DNA of 10,772 nucleotides, taken from positions 1-10,772 of the forward strand of contig DASSXV010000058.1 of NCBI GenBank assembly GCA_035703635.1, written 5' to 3'. Origin of the DNA: Trueperaceae bacterium (lineage in GTDB: Bacteria; Deinococcota; Deinococci; Deinococcales; Trueperaceae). This document shows positions 1-5,227 of this stretch, piece by piece; the stretch's first letter is position 1, and each line of letters begins with the position of its first letter. The notes beneath the pieces are model-generated. The model was not told the origin of the DNA, did no database searches, and saw only the letters and a program-made list of their open reading frames with translations. The translations under genes and the position numbers were made by a program.

Positions 1-644
1 CCGTCGTTGGTCGCCACCATGCCGATGCCGTGCTTGGTTGCGAACTCCTTCAGGATGGGGTTGAGGCGGCGCTGCTCCTCGAGCCCGTGGTCCTGCAACT
101 CGACGAAGAAGTTGTCGCCGAAGATGTTCAGGTGCTCGAGCAGCGCCTCCTCACCGGCGTCAGGACCGATGTCGAGTATGGTCCGCGGTATCTGCGCCCC
201 AAGGCAGCCGGAGAGCGCTATTACGCCCTCCGAGTGCTCACGCAAGAGCTCCAGGTCGACGCGCGGCTTCATGTAGAAGCCCTCGAGGAACGCCCTACTG
301 CTCAGGCGGCAGAGGTTCTGGTAGCCCTTGAAGTCCTTCGCGAGGAGGGTGAGGTGATAGTAGCCGCCGTCGGAGCGGTTCGAGCCGCGGCGCTTCTCGA
401 AGCGCGACCCGGGCGCCACGTATGCTTCGAAGCCGATGATCGGCTTCACGCCTTGCGCGATTGCCGTCTTGTAGAACTCGACGGCGCCGTGCATGTTGCC
501 GTGGTCGGTCATGGCCACAGCGGGGTCGTCTGGGGAGACCTCTTTGACCCACGCGATCAAGTCCTTGATGCGCGCAGCGCCGTCTAGCAGCGAATAGTCG
601 GTGTGCTGGTGCAGGTGGGAGAAGCGCGGCGTGCCACTTGACAT
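1..644 (-). CDS. dnaE: DNA polymerase III alpha subunit, N-terminal PHP domain (partial; runs off the left edge)
   Basis: Manual translation from ATG at 644, open to position 1: MSSGTPRFSHLHQHTDYSLLDGAARIKDLI...AMTDHGNMHGAVEFYK...GVKPIIGFEAYV...HLTLLAKDFKGYQNLCRLSSRAFLEGFYMKPRVD...IALSGCLGAQI...FFVELQDHG...MVATND. These are the classic DnaE PHP motifs. Absent from the ORF track because it has no stop in the window. Confidence 0.98.
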   Translation of the reverse strand, partial: MSSGTPRFSHLHQHTDYSLLDGAARIKDLIAWVKEVSPDDPAVAMTDHGNMHGAVEFYKTAIAQGVKPIIGFEAYVAPGSRFEKRRGSNRSDGGYYHLTLLAKDFKGYQNLCRLSSRAFLEGFYMKPRVDLELLREHSEGVIALSGCLGAQIPRTILDIGPDAGEEALLEHLNIFGDNFFVELQDHGLEEQRRLNPILKEFATKHGIGMVATND

Positions 645-650
645 TGCTCG

Positions 651-656
651 AGCTTA
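651..656 (-). promoter_or_regulatory. -10 element (TAAGCT) of a probably leaderless dnaE transcript
   Basis: Minus strand reads TAAGCT-cgagca-ATG: a TANNNT hexamer 6 nt before the start codon, with no Shine-Dalgarno. Confidence 0.7.
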
Positions 657-719
657 CCGCCTTGTGCCTGCCGACTTCGGTTCCGTGGGGCCGCGGATCG
701 GGTAGTTCGTCGCCTCTCA

Positions 720-749
720 TTGACGCCCTTCGCGGGGGCGTGGTACTTT
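720..749 (+). promoter_or_regulatory. Housekeeping-sigma promoter of the tRNA-Cys/tRNA-Val operon
   Basis: TTGACG (720-725), 18-nt spacer ending in TGg (extended -10), TACTTT (744-749); tRNA-Cys starts at 760. Confidence 0.8.
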
Positions 750-759
750 CTTTGAGCTT

Positions 760-834
760 GGCGCCGTAGCCAAGCGGTAAGGCAGAGGTCTGCAAAACCT
801 CGATTCACCGGTTCGATTCCGGTCGGCGCCTCCA
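760..834 (+). tRNA. tRNA-Cys (anticodon GCA)
   Basis: Cloverleaf: acceptor GGCGCCG/CGGCGCC, anticodon stem GAGGT/ACCTC with loop CT-GCA-AA (anticodon 792-794), T arm ACCGG-TTCGATT-CCGGT, U73 discriminator, encoded CCA. Confidence 0.98.
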
Positions 835-889
835 CTCCCACCCGGTCGGCGTCGAGCCACAGCCGGGAACGTTGGTCGCAAGAAGTCGC

Positions 890-964
890 AGGCGCGTAGC
901 TCAGTGGGAGAGCGCTACACTGACACTGTAGAGGTCGACAGTTCAATCCTGTCCGCGCCTACCA
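890..964 (+). tRNA. tRNA-Val (anticodon GAC)
   Basis: Acceptor AGGCGCG/CGCGCCT, D arm GCTC/GAGC, anticodon stem CTACA/TGTAG with loop CT-GAC-AC (anticodon 922-924), T arm GACAG-TTCAATC-CTGTC, A73, encoded CCA. Confidence 0.98.
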
Positions 965-968
965 AAAC

Positions 969-998
969 GAGCCCGCCCTAGCGAACTAGGGCGGGCTT
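969..998. terminator. Intrinsic terminator, probably bidirectional, between the tRNA operon and the convergent yebC-nnrE unit
   Basis: Perfect 12-bp stem AGCCCGCCCTAG (970-981) / CTAGGGCGGGCT (986-997) with a 4-nt loop. It is followed by CGTTTT on the minus strand and a weaker TCAACTTGCTT tail on the plus strand. Confidence 0.85.
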
Positions 999-1032
999 CA
1001 ACTTGCTTACGCGCTAGGTGTTACTGCCCTTA

Positions 1033-1737
1033 CTACTCGACCTCGGTGACGTACGCAGGCAGCTCGAAAGGGGGCAACTGCAGGCTCTCGTAGAGCCCAG
1101 GCGGCAGGCTGAGGTCGCCGACGAACAGGCGCCCTACGTTGCCTCCCGCCTTGATGCCTACCTTCGGCAGGCCGATGCTCATGGTCAGGGTGGCCTTGAC
1201 GACGTCGCCCGGCGTGCTGCCATCGTCGGCGCGCATACCAGTAGGGGTATCTAGCGAGATCACGCAGCTATCGGCCGAGTTGTTGAGCACCGTGATCACG
1301 TCCAAGGTACGGCCGCGTGGTGGGCCCTCGAGGTTCGTGCCGATGGCGGCGTCGATGACGCAGCCGAACTTCATCTTCGGCAGGCTGGTGCGGACCTTCA
1401 CGCGCTCGAAGTGGCGCAAGTGCTCCAGTTGCTCTTTGGGCGTGCCTGAGTAGTTCTCTGCCTCGTGAGTCGGCACCACCCAGACGCGGCGCCCGCGCGC
1501 CGCCAGGAGTCGTGCTGCCGCTAAGCCCCCGCTGCCATTGTTCCCGCGACCCGCGACAACGAGCACGGGGCCGTCGCCGCCGAAAGCCTCGACGAGCGAG
1601 ACGAGGTTACGCGCGGTGTGCTCGACGAGGACGCGATTGTCTAGTCCGAACTTGCCTGTCGCCAACATGATGAGTTGTTGCATCTGGTTGGCGCTGATTG
1701 CTGGCAGGTCGTCCCAGTGGACGAGCGGAAAGCTCAT
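1033..1737 (-). CDS. nnrE: NAD(P)H-hydrate epimerase (stand-alone YjeF N-terminal domain)
   Basis: YjeF_N motifs: VLVVAGRGNNGSGGLAAARLL, VIDAAIGTNLEGPPRG, ISLDTPTG, ATLTMSIGLPKVG, GRLFVGDLSLP. Start placed at ATG 1737 rather than GTG 1743 because AGAAAGG lies 6 nt upstream. Confidence 0.9.
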   Translation of the reverse strand: MSFPLVHWDDLPAISANQMQQLIMLATGKFGLDNRVLVEHTARNLVSLVEAFGGDGPVLVVAGRGNNGSGGLAAARLLAARGRRVWVVPTHEAENYSGTPKEQLEHLRHFERVKVRTSLPKMKFGCVIDAAIGTNLEGPPRGRTLDVITVLNNSADSCVISLDTPTGMRADDGSTPGDVVKATLTMSIGLPKVGIKAGGNVGRLFVGDLSLPPGLYESLQLPPFELPAYVTEVE

Positions 1738-1755
1738 GGGCACCCTTTCTGCGGC

Positions 1756-2496
1756 TCAGCCGACGGTGTCGACATCGTCGCCGACACTGTCTAAGTCTGC
1801 CGTGGTGTAGACGTTCTGCACGTCGTCGAGATCCTCGAGGCTCTCGAGGAAGTTCATGACCTTACGAGCCTCTTCTGGAGTCAACGCGGTCTGGGTCTGA
1901 GGGAGCTTCGTGAGTTGCACTACGTCGACGGGCATGCCGCGCTCCTGTAGGCCCTCGACGATGGCATACAGCTCTGCTGGGGGAGTGTAGATGACGGAGG
2001 TACCCTCATCCATCTCGAGGTCGTCGGCGCCGAGCTCGATGGCGGCCTCCTCGACGGCGTCACCGACCTGCTCGACCGTGATCATGCCTTTGGTGTCGAA
2101 CTGCCAGGCGGTTGAGCCTGACATGTTGCCGCCGTGCTTGCTGAACACGTGACGCACTTCGCCTGCCGTGCGGTTCTTGTTGTCCGTGAGCGTTTCGACG
2201 AGCATGGCGACGCCAGCTGGACCGTAACCTTCGTAGAACGCGGGCTCGAAGTTGCCGCCCTCGCCGCCACCTAACGCGCGCTCGATGGCGCGGTCGATGT
2301 TGTCGACGGCAACGTTGTCTGACTTCGCTGCCGACAACGCGTTGCGTAAGGGTAGGTTGACGTTCGGATCACCGCTGTTGCCACTGCGCACCGCAGACTG
2401 GATAGCGCGCACGTGCTTGCTGATGATCTTGCCGCGCTGTTTATCTAGCGCGCCCTTCTTCCGCTTGATCTGTGACCACTTGCTATGACCTGCCAA
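1756..2496 (-). CDS. yebC: YebC/PmpR/TACO1 family protein
   Basis: MAGHSKWSQIKRKKG N-terminus, YEGYGPAGVAMLVETLTDNKNRT, and C-terminal LEDLDDVQNVYT. TTG start with GAAAGGA upstream. Confidence 0.97.
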   Translation of the reverse strand: MAGHSKWSQIKRKKGALDKQRGKIISKHVRAIQSAVRSGNSGDPNVNLPLRNALSAAKSDNVAVDNIDRAIERALGGGEGGNFEPAFYEGYGPAGVAMLVETLTDNKNRTAGEVRHVFSKHGGNMSGSTAWQFDTKGMITVEQVGDAVEEAAIELGADDLEMDEGTSVIYTPPAELYAIVEGLQERGMPVDVVQLTKLPQTQTALTPEEARKVMNFLESLEDLDDVQNVYTTADLDSVGDDVDTVG

Positions 2497-2557
2497 AGTC
2501 TAGTTCCTTTCGAAGGGCGCCGCCGCCCCACAACGCACTGTCGAGTGGCAGCAAGTC

Positions 2558-2563
2558 ATTCTA
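2558..2563 (-). promoter_or_regulatory. Putative -10 (TAGAAT) for yebC-nnrE
   Basis: Near-consensus hexamer about 60 nt upstream of the yebC start, just past the upstream terminator; no clear -35. Confidence 0.55.
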
Positions 2564-2570
2564 CTCCACT

Positions 2571-2607
2571 AAAAGCTGGTCACGGCACCCTCGACGGGTG
2601 CCGTGAC
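2571..2607 (-). terminator. Intrinsic terminator of the DUF4384-like lipoprotein gene
   Basis: Perfect 12-bp stem GTCACGGCACCC (2579-2590) / GGGTGCCGTGAC (2596-2607) with a 5-nt loop, followed on the minus strand by CAGCTTTT; about 35 nt after the stop at 2642. Confidence 0.8.
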
Positions 2608-2641
2608 GCTGCAACTTGCCCGCTGATGAGCGTTTACGTGT

Positions 2642-3148
2642 TCAGCGGATGTAGAAGTACGTCTCTGCCACGTCGCGAACCGGCGACGGGCGAATGTCAA
2701 GTTGAATGGCGCTCGTCCAGTCGCCATCGCCGTAGCGGCCCACGTAACTCACGCTGCCGCTCGTGCGGTCGGAAGTGAAGCTGGCCCGCACGGCCTGCCT
2801 GCCTAGCGGCGGGTTGACGGTGTAAACGTGGCGGGCACCGGGGACGGGCAAGTAGTTCGTGCCTGCCTGCACGGGGATGTTGCGCTCGAAGACGTAGACC
2901 TTGCCGTCTGGATCGAGTGCCGTGAGCGTGATATAGCCCGCGCGGTTCGTCACGATGCGGAACTCGACGTTCTCACCCACGTAGTAGTCGGAGCCGCGCC
3001 CGCGGGTCGTTTGGAAGTCTTGAATGACGCCCGAGAGGGAGAGGTCGCCGCCAGCGAAGCCGCCAGGCCTGACCGTGATGGTGCAGGCGGATGCAAGCAG
3101 CGCGACTGCTACTGCCGCGACTGCGAGGCGGAGCGTTCTTGAGTTCAT
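2642..3148 (-). CDS. Lipoprotein with a DUF4384-like beta-sandwich domain
   Basis: Signal peptide with lipobox (MNSRTLRLAVAAVAVALLASA-C); YYVGENVEFRIVTNRAGYITLTALDPDGKVYVF fits the DUF4384 pattern as I recall it; strong SD AGGAGG 6 nt upstream of the ATG. Confidence 0.82.
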   Translation of the reverse strand: MNSRTLRLAVAAVAVALLASACTITVRPGGFAGGDLSLSGVIQDFQTTRGRGSDYYVGENVEFRIVTNRAGYITLTALDPDGKVYVFERNIPVQAGTNYLPVPGARHVYTVNPPLGRQAVRASFTSDRTSGSVSYVGRYGDGDWTSAIQLDIRPSPVRDVAETYFYIR

Positions 3149-3173
3149 GAAAGCCTCCTAGCGTTCTCCCCCG

Positions 3174-3221
3174 AGTCTAGCGTCCAGGTTCGTGACGGTC
3201 TAAAACCGTTCCTTAACCGTT
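3174..3221 (-). promoter_or_regulatory. Promoter of the DUF4384-like gene with an upstream tandem direct-repeat operator
   Basis: -10 TAGACT (3179-3174), 17-nt spacer, weak -35 TAGACC (3202-3197); AACGGTT occurs twice at 11-bp period (3204-3210, 3215-3221) abutting the -35. Confidence 0.6.
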
Positions 3222-3226
3222 AGCGC

Positions 3227-3571
3227 TCAGGGGGTCGTCGGTACGCTGCGGTCGAAGGTCGTAACGAGGTAGGGGAGGTCGGTCTGGAGGTAGCGTCCGC
3301 GCTCGTCGTACCAGTAGACGTAGTCTCCCAACGACTCTCCGCCGTTGCCGCCCTCTGACGCGTTGCCGGAACGGGTCACCTTGCCATCGACTAAGCCAGT
3401 GAAAATCGCCTTGCCATCGTACGAATAGACCGTTATGTACATGCGCTGCGCCGTGTACTCCTGGATGCTGCGCCGGATGCGGTTCTGCGTCTCGTTGCGG
3501 CAGGCCGACAACCCGAAGACCAGCACGAGTGCCGCAAGTACGAGCAGTACACGCTTGTTACGTCGGTTCAC
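3227..3571 (-). CDS. Uncharacterised small lipoprotein (114 aa precursor)
   Basis: Start reassigned from 3643 to GTG 3571: SD GGAGGT lies just upstream and the frame then opens with a textbook signal peptide and lipobox, MNRRNKRVLLVLAALVLVFGLSA-C. Confidence 0.82.
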   Translation of the reverse strand: MNRRNKRVLLVLAALVLVFGLSACRNETQNRIRRSIQEYTAQRMYITVYSYDGKAIFTGLVDGKVTRSGNASEGGNGGESLGDYVYWYDERGRYLQTDLPYLVTTFDRSVPTTP

Positions 3572-3585
3572 GCTCCACCTCCCGT

Positions 3586-3619
3586 CTCGGCTGTGGCCGC
3601 ATGCTTGCGCCCAGCCGAG
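3586..3619 (-). other. Stem-loop in the leader of the small lipoprotein gene
   Basis: CTCGGCTG/CAGCCGAG 8-bp outer stem (3586-3593, 3612-3619) plus inner GGC-GCA/TGC-g-GCC pairing; ends 3 nt before the SD. Confidence 0.55.
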
Positions 3620-3623
3620 TTCC

Positions 3624-3632
3624 ACGATATCA
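3624..3632 (-). promoter_or_regulatory. Extended -10 (TGaTATCGT) for the small lipoprotein gene
   Basis: TGn-TANNNT pattern immediately upstream of the leader hairpin, divergent from the dnaJ promoter. Confidence 0.5.
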
Positions 3633-3653
3633 CCGGGGGCCATGCATTCAGGA

Positions 3654-3674
3654 CTTTAGTGCCCGGCGCGCAAG
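3654..3674. promoter_or_regulatory. HAIR-like HspR operator
   Basis: CTTTAGT-N7-GCGCAAG matches the HAIR consensus CTTGAGT-N7-ACTCAAG at 11/14 with exact spacing. It covers the -35/spacer region of the promoter of the operon that encodes HspR. Confidence 0.7.
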
Positions 3675-3679
3675 CAAAG

Positions 3680-3685
3680 TATGCT
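3680..3685 (+). promoter_or_regulatory. -10 element (TATGCT) of the probably leaderless dnaJ-hspR-smc-birA transcript
   Basis: TATGCT-gagcgtt-GTG: hexamer 7 nt before the in-frame GTG at 3693; no SD upstream of either candidate start. Confidence 0.68.
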
Positions 3686-3692
3686 GAGCGTT

Positions 3693-4724
3693 GTGACGGC
3701 CACCCGCGACCCGTACGAGGTCCTAGGCGTTCCCCGCGACGCCGACGCTGACGCCCTCAAGTCCGCCTACCGCCAGAAGGCGCTCCAGTACCACCCGGAC
3801 CGCAACCCCGGGAACTCGAGCGCTGAGGAGCGCTTCAAGGAAGTTTCAGAGGCGTACGCCATCTTGCGTGACCCTGAGGCGCGTGCCCGCTACGACCGCT
3901 ACGGTGCGCAGCGGCCAGCCGATTATCGCCACGACACCACTAACGTCGACTGGCGCGACGTGTTCAGGGACGCAGACATCAACATCGACTTCGGCCAGAG
4001 CGGCGGCATTCCACAGACTGGCAACGCAGTCTTCGACGCCCTCTTCGGGATGATGGCCGGAATGCTGCGCGGTGCAGGCATGGCCGCGGGGCAGACTTAC
4101 AACGTCACGCTCGGCCTTAGCCTCGGCGAGCTCCACTCCGGCGCGATCAGCGTCGTGTCCGTGCCCGGCCCCTGCGTGTGTCCGACATGCAAGGGCAGTG
4201 GCAGGCTGCAACCTGGCGCCGCAACTAGCCGCTCACCAGGGCCTTTCGAGGCCAGTGCGCCTGCAGCGAACTCGAACGTATGCCCCGATTGCGGTGGCCG
4301 CGGCGTGAGGCGCGGCGGCGCACGGTTGAAGGTGAAGGTTCCAGCAGGCACGGGGGTTGGCGGCAAGCTGCGCCTGGCAGGCGCCGGTGGCCCAGGCAAC
4401 CCTCCAGGCGACGTCATGGTTCAGGTGGGCTGGCTGCCCCCGAGCGGCGCAACCGCTTCGGGGAACGACGTCATCGGGCACGTGGTACTAACGCCCATCG
4501 AGGGTAAGCGCGGCACGGTCACGACTTTCGACGGCGTGAAAGTCACCGTGCCAGCAGACAGTGAAGATGGGGCCCTTATCGTAGTCCCCGGCAAGGGCCT
4601 GCCCGGAGCAGGCGGCGTGCGCGGCGACCTGCGACTTACTCTCAACCTCTCATGGGTAGAGGGTGCCGGTCGCGCCGTCGGCCGTTGGTTGCGTAAGCTT
4701 GGCATCGGAGGCGAAGCAAGGTGA
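3693..4724 (+). CDS. dnaJ: DnaJ-family co-chaperone (paralog; J domain, half zinc finger, C-terminal domain)
   Basis: RDPYEVLGV...[16 protein letters not shown]...[25 protein letters not shown] domain with HPD; two CxxCxGxG motifs; [21 protein letters not shown]...PPGDVMV and GKGLPG...RGDL C-terminal motifs. The ORF-track ATG 3681 lies inside the -10 box, so GTG 3693 is preferred. Confidence 0.92.
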   Translation: MTATRDPYEVLGVPRDADADALKSAYRQKALQYHPDRNPGNSSAEERFKEVSEAYAILRDPEARARYDRYGAQRPADYRHDTTNVDWRDVFRDADINIDFGQSGGIPQTGNAVFDALFGMMAGMLRGAGMAAGQTYNVTLGLSLGELHSGAISVVSVPGPCVCPTCKGSGRLQPGAATSRSPGPFEASAPAANSNVCPDCGGRGVRRGGARLKVKVPAGTGVGGKLRLAGAGGPGNPPGDVMVQVGWLPPSGATASGNDVIGHVVLTPIEGKRGTVTTFDGVKVTVPADSEDGALIVVPGKGLPGAGGVRGDLRLTLNLSWVEGAGRAVGRWLRKLGIGGEAR

Positions 4725-5215
4725 GGTTGTCTGACAGTTTCGAGTTACTCGCGGCAGCACGAGAAGACGCCGGCGAGGGCAGTGACCACGGCGCGGCCGG
4801 CCAGCGCGAACGTGACGCTGGTGACGAGCAGCGCTCCATCGACCAGGACAAGCCTCTCTACGTCATCAGCGTGGCGGCCGAACTCGTCGACATGCACCCG
4901 CAGACGCTGCGCCTCTACGAACGCAAGGGTCTCATCGAGCCGAGCCGGAGCGCGGGCAAGACTCGTCTCTACTCGCAGCGCAACATCGAGCAACTCCGCG
5001 AGATAAGGCGCCTAACGCAAGAACTAGGCGTCAACCTCGCTGGGGTGGAGGAGATCATCCGCCTGCGGCAACGCCTCGACCAGCTGCAGTCCACCATGGA
5101 GGGGCGCATCACCAACCTTCAGGGCCAACTCCGCGACCGGCTAGACAACCTGAGGAACAGGGCCTTACCTCGGCCAACGGACGACGACGAACCCGACACG
5201 TCCGACCGCGGCTAA
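4721..5215 (+). CDS. hspR: Heat-shock repressor HspR (MerR family)
   Basis: [69 protein letters not shown] is the HspR signature; GTGA overlap with the dnaJ stop; dnaJ-hspR adjacency is the known arrangement. Confidence 0.93.
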   Translation: MRLSDSFELLAAAREDAGEGSDHGAAGQRERDAGDEQRSIDQDKPLYVISVAAELVDMHPQTLRLYERKGLIEPSRSAGKTRLYSQRNIEQLREIRRLTQELGVNLAGVEEIIRLRQRLDQLQSTMEGRITNLQGQLRDRLDNLRNRALPRPTDDDEPDTSDRG

Positions 5216-5227
5216 GGGTCACTCCGC

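Noticed and set aside
671..702. Imperfect hairpins between dnaE and the tRNA promoter
   Set aside because: They rely on G-U pairs and lie between divergent promoters, so are probably untranscribed; no recognisable ncRNA motif.
7..946. ORF-track entries 7..276, 30..587, 295..795 and 584..946
   Set aside because: Shadow frames of dnaE or antisense to the tRNAs; the real CDS is the unlisted dnaE frame.
760..1000. Genomic island or prophage integrated at the tRNAs
   Set aside because: No integrase, no long att duplication and no obvious compositional shift; the flanking genes are housekeeping.
3138..3144. Perfect HAIR half-site CTTGAGT at the start of the DUF4384-like gene
   Set aside because: No partner half at N7 (AGCCTCC), and it lies within codons 2-4. 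The ACTCAAG at 6445-6451 inside smc likewise lacks a partner.
3572..3643. N-terminal extension of the small lipoprotein as given in the ORF track
   Set aside because: It would bury the signal peptide and overlaps promoter and hairpin elements; the SD supports GTG 3571.
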